Part shown: in pieces, positions 14,415 to 28,049 of the stretch
Position numbering within the stretch: the stretch's first letter is position 1
Layout: every line of letters starts with the position of its first letter
Assembly (NCBI GenBank): GCA_951406725.2
Contig: OX597828.1
Location: forward strand, 47,244,001 to 47,308,000
Length of the DNA stretch: 64,000 bases
Direction: 5' to 3'
Origin: Octopus vulgaris
Taxonomy: Eukaryota
Notes under the pieces: generated by a model
Seen by the model: only the letters and a program-made list of their open reading frames with translations
What the model was told of the DNA's origin: nothing
The model's database searches: none
Program-made: the position numbers and the translations under genes

Positions 14415-15174
14415 AAGGCACAAAAACGCATACACATATGCACATAATTATACATACAAGAATACATACATACACACACTCACAAAGGCTCATACAAACA
14501 TACACCGTTGCACATAGACACACGCGCGTATAAGCACGCGCATACACTCGCGCACACAAATACACACACACTTACACGGATACATACACATACAGAGAAA
14601 GAGACATACACACGTGTTAAATGGAATTAGTTAGACCGTATTAGCAATAAAGTGAGAAACATTTAAGGTAAAATATCGAGGGACGGAGGGAGGGAGGAAA
14701 GGAACTGGATGAGCCAAAATAAAAAAATAAAAAATTATTGATAGAATACGAAAAAAAAACTTATCAAAAACAAAGAAAAAGATTATGACAAAATATAAAA
14801 CTAATGATAAAAACAAAAGGTAGTAAAAAAAAGCCATGAGGAAAAACACAGACATAAATGATATAAAAAAAAAACGGAGGAGGAAAAGGAAAAGACGAAG
14901 AGCGAAATGAAAATGGCGTCTAACATCTAATGTGTCGTTCATTTGAAATGTGTTTCTTCTCAAACTGGTGTTTACCTCCATCTTTTACCGTTTGTAGCCA
15001 AACATAGTGTCACTAGAGACGTCTAGTGGCGTTCAGCGTAAATTATTGCTACTGCTGCTGCTGCTGCTGCTGTTTTTATTGTTGTTGTTGTTGTTGTTGT
15101 TATTAACTACAACTAATGACCGCCAATCAACTCATTTTTCTAGATAGCTATCTGCGATGGCGGTGATGGTATTG

Positions 15175-15570
15175 GTGGTGGGGGTGAGGATGGGGATGGG
15201 GTGGTGGTGGTGGTGGTGGTGGTATTGGTGGTGGTGGTGGAGGTGGTGGTGGTGGTGGTGGTGGTGGTGGTATTGGTGGTGGTGAAGGTGGTGGTGGTGG
15301 TGGTGGTGGTAGTGGTGGTAGTGGTGGTAGTGGTGGTGGTGGTGAGTGGGTAGGGTGGACGTAAAATCATGGTGATGTTGGGAAGGATGATGCTGAAATA
15401 GATCGTATAACGATGATGATGATGACGATAAAGAGGAGGAGGAGGGAAGAAGGGGAGGAGAGTAGGAGGCCGATGACGACGTAAACGACGATTGAAATGA
15501 CGACAATATCGATCACGACGACGACGACGACGATGATGGGGATGATGATGATGATAACGACGACGATGAC

Positions 15571-15617
<47 letters not shown>

Positions 15618-15627
15618 CGACGACGAC

Positions 15628-15668
<41 letters not shown>

Positions 15669-15790
15669 CGATGATGATGACGATGATGATGATGGTAATG
15701 ATGATGATGATAATGATGATGATGATGGTAATGATGATGAGGAGGAGGAGGTGGAAGAGGAGGAGGAGGTGGAAGTCAAGATGATGATGT
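15175..15790. repeat. (GGT)n and (GAT/GAC)n microsatellites
   Basis: Direct reading. Confidence 0.93.
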
Positions 15791-16462
15791 ACATTTGTAA
15801 ACAAATACTGAATGATGACCGTAGATTCCAAGATGTATTTTTTTTCTTTATTTTATTGTTTTATGTATATTTTTCTCCTATTTTATATTTCTGCACCGAC
15901 CTCCGACCTCTACCCGCCGCCCCACCTCTCTCACACTTCTCCTTCTTTCCATCTTTTATTGTCATATACTCTCTCTATAGTGATTTTTTTAAAATACATA
16001 TAATATATATGTGTATATATATATATACATTTATGTATATATGTGTATATATATATACATTTATGTATATATGTGCATGCATAGTATATGCATAATATAG
16101 TACAATGCGCGCGTGTATGTGCGTGTGTGTGTGTGTGTGTGAGTGTGCGTGTGTTCTGTAAGGTGAAAGGAAATTTTTGCCGTGTCCATTTAACGCCAAT
16201 AATGCAAACACCAACACAAGCAATGACACATACACACACACATACATACACACATACACACATGCACACAAGCACACACATGAATACACCTAAGCATACA
16301 TACACGCACACATAGACATAGCCACGTTTGAACGTATATACAGACTTTCATATATATACACAAATACACACATTTATATAATACATATTCATAAAACATA
16401 TATATACACAAATACAGATATACATACATATACATACATACATACATACATACATACATACA

Positions 16463-16495
<33 letters not shown>

Positions 16496-16518
16496 GCATA
16501 CATATATATATATATATA

Positions 16519-16556
<38 letters not shown>

Positions 16557-16954
16557 ATGGTATATATTTATACATACATATATTCATACATTCATATATC
16601 CAGGCATGCATATATGCATAAAAGCATACGTGCATATATATGTATATATGTATATATAAATATATACCATGTTTATATATATATATATATATATAAGGCA
16701 TATATTCATACAAATATACATCAACACCCATACATGCATGCATATACACAGATGTGCACACACAGCAAACCTTTCTGCCACTTCCGGTTGGCTTTTAAGT
16801 ATTTCCGGTGTCTGCTTCGTTTTAAGCGGTCCACAGAGGAGGCGGCCATTTGTAGCCATGACAGAAAGAATTGCCGTGATGAATGTCTAATTCCTTCATG
16901 CCAGGAAGGAAGGAAACAACGACGATAAACGATCGAATGCCATAACCCGTCACC

Positions 16955-17690
16955 ATTACCACCACCACCAGCACTACCACCACCACCTCTACCACCGATG
17001 CATGCCACCCCACCGAGCCTACAGTCACCCTCTACTTCCATTTTCTCCCACCATATGCCACAACCACTACCGCCATCAGTTTTCACAATGACTATCACTA
17101 CCACCACTACTACCACCAACACCACCGCCCTACTATCACTAAAACCACCACCTACACCATCACTAGCACCCCCAACACCACCAACAGCACTATCACGACC
17201 TCCACCACCACCGCAATCATTAGCAACAGTTCTGCTACCACCACGACGACCACTACCACCACCAACAACAACCCTATCACTTCTTCCACCACTACCACCC
17301 GCACTACCACTACCACAGTCTGTTACTGCCATTACCAGCAGTTCTGTTACTGCCACGACCACCACCACCGAAAACAGCAACAATAACCACAACCATCTTA
17401 CTTCCACCATCTTACTTCCACCATCAAAGCGATCACCATCATATCGTTTGTTTCCCGCCACTAACACTGTAACCACCGCAAACCCCAAAACACTACCACC
17501 ACCACCACTGTTGCCAACACAATCATCCCCTACCACAAAGGAATCACCCTACACCAACACCACCACCCTAACTATCCCTATCACCATCTCCATCAACCAT
17601 TACCACCGCCACCACCGCCACCACAACCACTACCGTCGATACTACTATGACTACAACTACCACCACTACTACTACTGCAGCCACTACCGT
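16955..17690. repeat. Degenerate (CAC/CAN)n low-complexity tract
   Basis: Three-base periodicity; explains the 285-aa and 271-aa Pro/Thr- and Gly/Val-rich ORFs. Confidence 0.85.
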
Positions 17691-17884
17691 CCTATGTTTT
17701 CCCTAAATGATGAACCTAGCTCCTCCCCTTTTCGCCCTTCTTCTCCCGTCTATTTCTCCTTCTCTTCTCTTCTCCCCATATTGACCTCCATCCCCACCAC
17801 AACCTCCTTCGCCCTCATTAACGTAGTGGCCTATTGGTCAAGCTTTATCAAATAGGTTCATCAGATAAGCATCGTGGCTAAACT

Positions 17885-18210
17885 AGTGGTGGCGGTGGTG
17901 CTGCTGCTGCTGGCGGTGGATGTGGTGGCGGCAGTGCTGATAGTAGTTGTGGTATGGTGTTAGTGGTGGCAGTGGCGGTGGTGGTATTTGAGGGTGTGAT
18001 GATGGTGGTGATGGTGATTGTGATGGTAGTACTGGTGCTGGTGGTGATGAAGGTGATAATGGTGCTGGTGGTTTTGGTGGTGGTGGTGGTGGTGGTGGTG
18101 GTGGTGATGGTAGTGGTGGTGGTGGTGGTGGTGGTGGTTTTGGTGGTGGTGGTGGTGGTGGTGGTGGTGGTGGTGGTGGTGGTGGTAGTGGTGGTGATGG
18201 TTGTTGTTGG
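17885..18210. repeat. (GGT)n microsatellite
   Basis: Direct reading. Confidence 0.93.
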
Positions 18211-18339
18211 GAATCTAGTCCTTTTCATTCGCAAAATGAACCCCTTTTAATTTTGCTCGGATTGCTTTCAATTTTATTGTATAGTTGCAACTTGGAATTT
18301 TGATTACGATCGACCAATAAATAACTTTATCTAGTAAAT

Positions 18340-18730
18340 TAAAGAATCTGATGTTATTTGAAATTAAAGTTGGGAAATCTGGGTAATTTTAGCCAATCAA
18401 CAGACAGCCAGGCATTAACAGTTTGTTACCATAACAACCGCACATTGTGTTGTGTTGATTCTTCACGCCACGAGATTTACTTCGCCCGCGTGTTTTGTTT
18501 TAAGAAAAATTTACATTTTTCAATTATAATTTTATTATGAATATTTTTCGTCAATTGTCTTAATATTTTACATATTTTTCATATACAGCAAAAGTTATTT
18601 GGCATTATGAAGGTGAATGGAATATGTGAACTTAGTACAGATAATTTGACATTATTTTTGAATTCTGCATGCAAAAACATATAAGATACAGGTATTCTTT
18701 TTCTTGGGATAAATTCTTTGTTGACCAGTG
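18340..18730 (-). mobile_element. DNA transposon terminal fragment, possibly Chapaev-like
   Basis: Minus strand begins cactggtcaacaaag, with a subterminal tttgaattctgcatgcaaaaa motif; family assignment is from memory and unverified; no partner TIR seen. Confidence 0.35.
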
Positions 18731-19416
18731 TTATTCTTATCGTAGTTTACAAATCCAAACACGAAAACGTTACTCAAATTTGAAGTTTGGGAAACAGTTT
18801 ATAGTTTAGCCTCCTTTCACACACACACATACACACATGCACTTATATATTAACGATGTACACAAATACTTGACAGGTAATCATAATACTGAAATACGCA
18901 TAAACACATGCAAATACATTAATATTACAAATCAAAAAAGAATTATAATAAATACATACAATCAATGAAGAAACAAAAGAAAGAGTAATATGATACATGT
19001 TGATTTTATTAGAAACCTTCAATGAAGAGGTCATTTCACAGACGCTAAACTATAAATTTCACAGGGTACAACCTTAAAGTTGACATCGCTCCGCTAACGC
19101 AGAAAATTTCTGTCTCGTTATTGGCTATAAATACACAGTTTTTTCGATTATCATTAGAATGATAACCATATTTTGAAGTACCTTTAGTTATTATTATTTT
19201 CTCGTTTACGTTCCAACCCAAATTTTTACCTTGTGTTCAACATCTTACCAGTTTACAAATATATATTGCATTTTTCAGATTGACAGAGTAGGCATCATTC
19301 TGATCCGCTGACGTAAGAGACTACAGTTTTGACAACGCACCTAGCTATGTTGAGTGATTTCTCCTTCAAGCTCCAGAAACGAACTTCAATTTTATTATTC
19401 CAGTATATTTAATATG

Positions 19417-19468
<52 letters not shown>

Positions 19469-19949
19469 ATTGTAGATGTGCTAACTTCTGGATGTACTTG
19501 TGAGCAAAAATATGAATACTCCCTAGTAAGCGTACAAAGCGACGGTATGTAAGGTATTTGCATTCATTATGAATTAGTTTTTATATGAACATGTCTGCAT
19601 GCGCGTATCTAAGCATGCGTCTATTTTCCTATATGTGTGTATGTGTGTGTAGCAGCACTATATATGCTTATGCATGTGTCTGTGTTATTACATATGTTCT
19701 GTCTATATTGTATTTGTTTCTACACATAAATATAAATACATGGGCATGTTAGTATGTGTATATTTCGTATGCAAGCGTTTATGTGTTCCTATAATTGTAT
19801 ACATCTATACGTGTGTATGGACATATGCTTATGTGTTATTTTACATGTATTAATAATGATATATATATAGATAGAGAGAGAGAGAGTGAGGAGAAGAGAG
19901 ATGCATGTGTATCAATATGGAATATATACATATATGTATATATATATGC

Positions 19950-20010
<61 letters not shown>

Positions 20011-20807
20011 CACGTACATATACATATATGTATATATGTTCACACACACACATTTGCTTGTATAGAAACATATCATTGTTTTCGTGTATATGTGTATATA
20101 CGAGCGTGTGTTTTCTGCGCGCGTGTGTGTGTAGTCTTCAATGTGTGTGCGTGTCGTCTGTGTGTGTGTGTGTCATCTGTGTGTGCGCGTGTGTGTGTAC
20201 GTATGCAGATTTTTATTTGCTTTCGTTGTGTGAGAGTGTTTACATTGATGAAAGCTTTCTGAGATGTAAAGATGTGGAAGCGGAAGTGAGAGGTGGGGGA
20301 AGGAGGGGAATCGAAGACTTTTCATCGACTTCCGTCCGGTTTCATCTCTTCATACATTTAAATTGCAACAAACATTAGCGTTATATCTTCGCGATCAGAC
20401 GACCAGTCTGACCATCATAAGTCATTTACACCACCGTCACCACCTTAACACCGCCATCACCTCGATCACACCACCACCACCACAACCGCCGCCGCCACCA
20501 CCACTAACTCAGCCATCACCTCTACTAACACCATCACTATCATCTACACGGATGCAGACGCCACAAAAATCATCATCATAAGCATTACATCCTCACCTAT
20601 TTTCACCACCAGCAACACTACGGCTATCAGCGACGCCACCACCACCATCACCAGCACCATCACCACCACATCCACCACCACTACCAACACCAATATAAGA
20701 AGAACTAACACCCCCAACACCATCATCTCCACCAACATCAACAACACCAACATTAACACCACCATACTACATACAACACCACTACCACCAACAACAACAA
20801 CGACAGT

Positions 20808-21328
20808 GGAGGCGCAATGGCCCAGTGGTTAGGGCAGCGGACTCGCGGTCGTAAGAACGCGGTTTCGATTCCCAGGCCGAACAATTAGCAAAAACACCTA
20901 AGCTCCACGAGGCTCAGGCGGCTTGAGGGTGGTGAACCCCGCTGTACTCTTTCGCCACAACTTTCTATCACTCTTTCTTCCTACTTCTGCCACAAAGTAG
21001 AGGAACCATCGTGTAACCCACTGTGGTGTGGTAAACTTTCAGACCCTAGTCTGGTTTGCGAATCCTCTGTACCCCCAGAATGGTTCAGCTCTCCACCCGT
21101 TAAAAAGCCACCGTTAACGGAATGAGGATAAAAACGTAGCTTTCGCGCCCGTGCAACCGCCAGTCTATCGCGTGTGGTGAGCGGATCTTCAAGTTGCCAC
21201 ACGCATTCTTAGTAGCTTAGAGTAGGCTCGAATTAGAGATTATTCTTTGTGGTTAATGGCGTGAGTCCTGAGTGGAAGAAGAAGAAGAAGAAGAAGAAGA
21301 AGAAGAAGAAGAAGAAGAAGAAGAAGAA

Positions 21329-21361
<33 letters not shown>

Positions 21362-21384
21362 AATGATGATGATGATGATGATGT

Positions 21385-21443
<59 letters not shown>

Positions 21444-21573
21444 TTGATGATGATGTTGATGAAGATGATCATGATGATGATAGAAGAAGAAGAAGAAGAA
21501 GAAGAAGAAGAAGAAGAAGAAGAAGAAGAAGAAGAAGAAGAAGAAGAAGATGATGATGATGATGAAGAAGAAG
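20808..21573 (+). mobile_element. SINE family C, tail type 2 with (GAA)n/(GAT)n tail, TSD-bounded
   Basis: C head and body; unique segment to about 21273; flanked by acaacaacaacgacagt (20791-20807) and acaacaacaacggcagt (21574-21590). Confidence 0.85.
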
Positions 21574-22140
21574 ACAACAACAACGGCAGTACCAACACCA
21601 TCAAAACCATCACTAACACCAGCGGCATCAACAGTAACGCCATCCTTCAGTAAATGCTACCACCCACAGTAACACTAACAACAAGTACAACAAAACTTCC
21701 ATTAACACCACTACACTGTACTACCCAGTTTTCATCTACACCACTATCAAACGAGCTAACGAGAAAGATTCTATGGAGACCCTTGACCCTGCTAGAAATG
21801 GCAGCAAAATTTCCATCAGATCACCACAAGCACAGATATTTTAAAAATAAGAAGGACATATTGGATATTATGTTTCTGGTTATTCGTAAGAAAATGGAGT
21901 GGTCATACCTGGAACAGTTTTCATTATATTTCTACGAACTGGTTAAAATGCTTAGCGACATTTTCCGTCTTTACTTTCCGAACTCAAATTTTGCTAAGGT
22001 TGACTCTGCTTTCATGTAAACGATTATCTCCCTCCACCAATATTGCAAGCTTTTTACTGATAGCAGAAGGGATTAAAGGAGGCGGCGAACTGGCAGAAAC
22101 GTTAATAGATAGATGAACAGATGGAAAGACAGATAGACAG

Positions 22141-22222
<82 letters not shown>

Positions 22223-22261
22223 TGAGAGATGGACAGAAAGATGGATAGACAGAAAGTGAGG

Positions 22262-22336
<75 letters not shown>

Positions 22337-23063
22337 GAACGGTTAAGATCATTCGAAAATTTTTGAATGGCTGAGGTCACAGGTGGTGACTTTTTATCCA
22401 AGATTAAACCTACCTAAATTCTGTCATAGATGTGTGATACGATAAATTTTGCAATAATAATAATGATAATAATAATAATAGACACGTCTAAAACTGTTGG
22501 ATCTTCATAAATGAAAGTTTTTGGAAGAATATACACACATGAATTCATAAATACACACATGCATTCATATAAGTACATATATAATATATACATATACATA
22601 CATAAACACACAGACGTACATAAGCACACATATTAAGACAAGAAGAAAACTCTTTTATTGTTTTGTCATGGAAAAATGTAAAAAGTTATTTACTTTTTTA
22701 CCAAAATAAGTTTTTGATTACAATCGTTCTAATAAAATCTGATTCATCCATGCTAAAATAAAAGAGAAAATATATTGTAATAAATTAAGTTCAATTTATT
22801 TTTCCTATCAGTTCTGGAAGTTAGTTTTCCATTTATTTCTGCTTGACTAAATCGTTTTTTTTTAATGATTGAAACCGGTAGCACAAAGATCTAAATACTT
22901 TCTTAGTTTTTTCCAGTGATGAAGTTCTTATAACACTTTCTGTTGTTTGCTTTTTAATACACATACGCAAATACACATACACACAATTTATCTCTCATTC
23001 TCTTTCTCTCTCCCTCTCTTTCTCTCTCCCTCTCTTTCTCTCTCTTTCTCTCTCCCCTCCCCT

Positions 23064-23095
<32 letters not shown>

Positions 23096-23640
23096 AACAC
23101 ACGCACATGTAAACATATCTATCCATTTCATATCTCTCCGCCACGTCCCTGTCAATGTCCCACCTGTTCTCAAGTTACCTGGATAAGGAAATCTAATCGA
23201 TCAGTGTCGGAGCTTGAGATAATATTTTACACTTTTGATGACCTCTTCGCGTGTTTCACCCCAGAAATTATAACCAAGCACGCTTAGCGACAAATTACGC
23301 TTGAATTGCTACCGCCATTTTGTTGCCCTCTCTCGCAAACACTTTCTTTCTACATCTTTGTCAGTCTCTCTCCTTCCTTCTATTTTTCTCTCGCCTTTTC
23401 CTCTCCCTCCCTCTTTCTCTCACTCGCACTCTCCTCCCTCTCCTCTTCCTTCACCCGTTTTCTATTATTTTATTAACTCTTACCCTTAGCATTCTTTCTC
23501 TATTTTCCTTTGCACACTCACACATTCATCTTTCATTTTCCGTCTTAATGTCTAGTTATCTATTTATCTTTCTATCAGTTTGCCTACCTGTTTCCCGTTT
23601 CTCTCTCTCTCACACTCTCTCTCTGGTTTTCTCCTTCTTT

Positions 23641-23689
<49 letters not shown>

Positions 23690-23767
23690 TATGCATGTTT
23701 GTATGTAAGCATGTATGTGTGTATGTATGTATGTATGTATGTATGTATGTATGTATGTATGAATCTG

Positions 23768-23835
<68 letters not shown>

Positions 23836-23995
23836 ACCTTCTATCTAACCGTTTATCCATCTATCTATTTATTTCTATATTAGTTAGTTTACCTGCTTTT
23901 CAGTCTGTGTATTTCTCTCTCTCTCTCTCACTATGTATCTACCAATCTATCTATCTAACCATCTACCTGAGTGTCTTTCGGTCTGTCTGTCTCTT

Positions 23996-24020
<25 letters not shown>

Positions 24021-24026
<6 letters not shown>

Positions 24027-24960
24027 AGGGTGTCCTAAAATTGAGGCAATCAACTGCTTTTCAATTTTGCCAAAGCGTATATATTGTTATATTTCCGGTC
24101 CGAAATATAACATTGCATTGCATTGTAATGCAATGGTTAAAGAAACACAACTATGACACTACTATATTTATTTGATATGACCACCCCTGCTTCGAATGAC
24201 AGCCTTAAGTCTAGTTGCGAATGCTTCACACGCGGCACGCAGCTATCCTTGTGGAATCGAAGCCTAAATCCTGGCGCAGTTAGCCTTCAGAACGTCGAGC
24301 GAAGCATGAGCCGTGCTCCAAACACTCATCTCCAAAATGGACCAAACAGAAAAATCCAACGGTTTGAGATTGGGGCATCTTGAGGAACATACATCCTTTC
24401 CTATGAACGACAGAATGTTTTTTTTTTTCTGAATCCAGTGTTGTGTCTGTTTGGAGGGTGTGGGATGGTGTCGAGTCTTGTTGGGGGCTTCAAAGTGCGC
24501 CTTGAAAGTGCTCATTCACCCATAGAAGCTATTGAGCTTCCAGAATGTCGCTAATGTATCACTAGGCTTTAATGTTAATATTCGATGACACAAAAACGTT
24601 GGAAGACCTTCCAGGGTCTGTCACAACCGCCCAAACAATAACTGACTATGGATTTTGACGCCGATTTACGAGTCTCCCCTCGTCGGTCTCTCTGGTGGAT
24701 TACTATCTGTTCGATGTCAAATTTCTTTACAGGTTAGGCAATCTGACGCAGGATAAGACGACTTCTCTCCAGTCTCATGGCCTTATTAACTTGCGTGAGC
24801 TCACGACGGCGGATCATCTTGTAGGGATGAGTCCTCAAGACATCAATGTTCGGCTTATTTTTTCTGTGGCAGCCAATTCTCTGACTGAGCGACGAGGATT
24901 TCACCGTATCTTTTCTCTGGTACTTTTGATAAACGTTGGGCAGTGTATTGGTAGGCGTTA
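24021..24960 (-). mobile_element. Tc1/mariner superfamily transposase relic, maT (DD37D)-like
   Basis: Minus-strand translation ...SSRCPNLKPLDFSVWSILE...LRAACEAFATRLKAVIRSRGGHIK (decayed WPxxSPDLNPLD motif); terminus in (TA)n; stops and frameshifts. Confidence 0.85.
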
Positions 24961-25005
24961 TTGTTCCATTCGTGTTTTCTGTTGAAGTTCAATCTATCTA
25001 TTATT

Positions 25006-25223
25006 ATACTCTTTACTCTTTTACTCTTTTACTTGTTTCAATCATTTGACTGCGGCCATGCTGGAGCACTGCCTTTAGTCGATCAAATCACCCCGGGACT
25101 TATTCTTTGTAAGCCCAGTACTTATTCTGTCGGTCTCTTTTGCCAAACCGCTAAGTGACGGGGACGTAAACACACCAGCATCGGTTGTCAAGCAATGCTA
25201 GGGGGACGAACACAGACACACAA

Positions 25224-25256
<33 letters not shown>

Positions 25257-25429
25257 CATATAAACGACAGGCTTCTTTCAGTTTCCGTCTACCAAATCCA
25301 CTCACAAGGCATTGGTCGGCCCGGGGCTATAGCAGAAGACACTTGCCCAAGATGCCACGCAGTGGGCCTGAACCCGCAACCATGTGGTTGGTTAGCAAGC
25401 TACTTACCACACAGCCACTCCTGCGCCTA
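25006..25429 (-). mobile_element. SINE family A, full length
   Basis: Near-identical to 61403-61818. Confidence 0.94.
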
Positions 25430-25449
25430 TGTGTATGGCCTCTGTAATC

Positions 25450-25800
25450 TAAGTGTCTGTTCTCAGTTATTAACTGAGCTTCTGTGTTCTAATTGAGCAT
25501 GTTTCTACAGCACTGACAAGCTTTTCTCGTCTTTGAGCTCTCGCCATTGTTCACCTGTACGCTCCCCTATGCTATTTGCTGTGTTACCCATGTATGATAT
25601 CGTCTTGTTTCTGCACCATACCTCAGTACACCGTATACTACAAAAGTCATTTCTAATTTTACAGTTAACTCGTAGGCTCATCCTACATACTATACAGTTG
25701 TTCTCCGTACAGGAAGAGGGGTGGCTTTCAAATAAATTCTACAGCGCAGGGATTTTATGAGGGTTTTTGGCCTTTCTACTACTTTTTAATCCGTAGATTT
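25450..25800 (-). mobile_element. Penelope-like element relic, GIY-YIG endonuclease region
   Basis: Minus strand reads SCTENNCIVCRMSLRVNCKIRNDFCSIRCTEVWCRNKTISYMGNTANSIGERTGEQW...SVL*KHAQLEH, matching the Cys cluster plus YIGETxRSxxERxxEH...SxLxxH pattern of PLE GIY-YIG domains. Confidence 0.72.
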
Positions 25801-25814
25801 ACCTCATCTAAAGG

Positions 25815-25968
25815 ACCAGGTGTGTTTACGTCCCCGTATTCTAGAAGTTCGGCAAGAGAGACCGATAGAATAAGTACTAGGATTACAAAGAATAAGTCCT
25901 GGGGTCGATTTGCTCGACTAAAGGCGGTGCTCCAGCATGGCCGCAGTCAAATGACAGAAACAAGTAAA
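25815..25968 (+). mobile_element. SINE family A, 3' half
   Basis: gtgtttacgtcccc...gcagtcaaatgacagaaacaagtaaa. Confidence 0.88.
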
Positions 25969-25972
25969 GTGT

Positions 25973-26021
<49 letters not shown>

Positions 26022-26537
26022 CGTATATATAAACACATGATATATATATACATATACACATACATACATACATACATACATACATACATACATACATACA
26101 TACATACATACATACATACACATGTATATGACATACCTACAGAATGCATACAGACAACATACATACATACATGCATACAAACACAATACATCATGGTTTA
26201 TGATCGACTAAAAGGAGGACAGTCGTCTAGATCCACCCGATACCCTTAATATGCTGCATTGATGGTCATAAACTTAAAACCAAGAGTGACAACTGCGATG
26301 GTCAGATGTTTTAGTTTAGTTTTAACGAGATAACCGGGGAGTCAGCTATGTTTGTGGGTGGGTGGATAGGTGGGTGGGTAACTGAGACGGTTCTAACGTG
26401 ACAGATGATGGATAACCGTATCCCGATCGGGTGTATTACTGCGTTGGTTTTGTTAATGATAGTGTTGGTGTTGTCATTGTTGTCGCTGTTGATTGTGGAC
26501 ATAGCGGTAGTGTGGGCGTGGGGGTGGGCATTAGCGG

Positions 26538-26738
26538 TAGTGGTGGTGGTCTTCGTCGTCGTTGTCGTGGTGGTGGTCGTGGTGGTCGTGGTGGTGGTCG
26601 TGGTGGTGGTCGTGGTGGTGGTCGTGGTGGTGGTCGTGATGGTGGTCGTGGTGGTGGTCGTGATGGTGGTCGTGGTGGTGGTCGTGGTGGTGGTCGTCGT
26701 CGTCGTGATGGTGGTCGTGGTGGTGGTGGTGGTGGTGG

Positions 26739-26770
<32 letters not shown>

Positions 26771-26840
26771 GTGGTAGTGGTGGTGGTGGTGGTAGCGGTA
26801 GTGACGGTGGTGGTGATAGCGGTGGTCGTAGTGGTCGTGT
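26538..26840. repeat. (GGT/CGT)n microsatellite with 12-bp GGTGGTGGTCGT sub-period
   Basis: Direct reading. Confidence 0.93.
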
Positions 26841-26864
26841 AGGGGGAGTGGTAAAGTGTTGCTG

Positions 26865-27425
26865 TTGATGTTGTTTAGCCTCAGGTAAACCCTTCATCCA
26901 GCTAACCTATAATCAAAGATACCAACCACGACCACTCCACCTTTTATTCAAATATTTTATATTTAGAACTTCATATCCAATACGTCTTTTCTTTTATTTT
27001 TACGAAAGCACCAATAGATATGAGGGGGATTTGACTGCTTGTTCCAGCAGGACGACGACACAACATAGGGGCTCCCGTTATTGGCACCTGATGCGACATT
27101 TTTCGAGAAGCTGGCCGCATGAGACATTGATCATCATTCCCGTGAGCCGTACAATTAAAAGAATTCATGGTAATTTTTCGTTGGCATGCTATTCAGGAAG
27201 TACCACGGGCGGCAATTGCCTATGGCTGCTCTAAATGGTGGCTCGACCTGCTAGAAATAGCTGAAAAAGCCGCCTTAAGTCACTCAGTGGTGCCTTGAAA
27301 AAGGAAAGGACACACTGGATTATGTCATCTTAGATGCCCATGAAATTATAGAACGGTCATGTTTGGAACCCCTTTGATCATAGTTCTGCTCGTCAAAGCT
27401 GATTTAGGGTTAATTAAAACAACAA
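26865..27425. repeat. Old interspersed repeat family H, two opposed copies (related pieces at about 21785, 27555, 40975-41065, 63530-63675)
   Basis: Recurring motifs gacctgctagaaatagc and acctatgatcaaagg-like segments; highly diverged. Confidence 0.5.
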
Positions 27426-28049
27426 CACCCATAACAAACACAATATTAGAAAAAAAAACACATACAACAGTCAGAGCAACATTCACAACAGCAGCTGCAA
27501 CACACTCAGACATAACAACAACGACTACAACACCATAAGGGAAACGTAGGGCCTTCGCTTGCTAGAAATAACAACGAAATTTTACTCAACTCATACAATA
27601 TTTCATGTGTCGTAGATTCAATTTATTCATCTGGCTGATTGACACTACAAACTGGTTCTTTTCTTAAGTCTACTACAGTGAAACACTTAAAGCGTCGCCT
27701 GGTTTAACACCACACACTTGTCCTTGAGTGCGTTTTCTGAAGTCCACACTGTTACAGGTATCTGATTCAGAAACACTCCATCCATCCATCTTCTCCACCT
27801 ACTGGTCCTGGGAGGGTCTTGTGTGAGAGTAGAGTCCTCAGGTATCTCCGCGACAAGCATCAGTCTTTAGACTTTCCAGCTGAATTCCCATACCAGACTG
27901 ACTGAGATTATAGAATTATCTGACCATTTCGTTCTTGACCTACACTTAAGGTCCCCTGCCGGTTGGCTTGGACTGAAGAGATAGGCAAATACACGTAGTA
28001 ACAATGATTCTAGATGCCGAGGAAAGCAGAACATACTGGAGAACAACAG

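Noticed and set aside
16721-17855. Mucin/extensin-like or Gly-rich ORFs on both strands
   Set aside because: Degenerate CAC triplet tract that is stop-poor by composition; similar tracts are scattered through the window.
19120-19318. TATA/CCAAT plus 34-nt micro-exon (ag at 19277-19278, gtaaga at 19313)
   Set aside because: Stops in all three frames; such motifs are expected by chance in AT-rich DNA.
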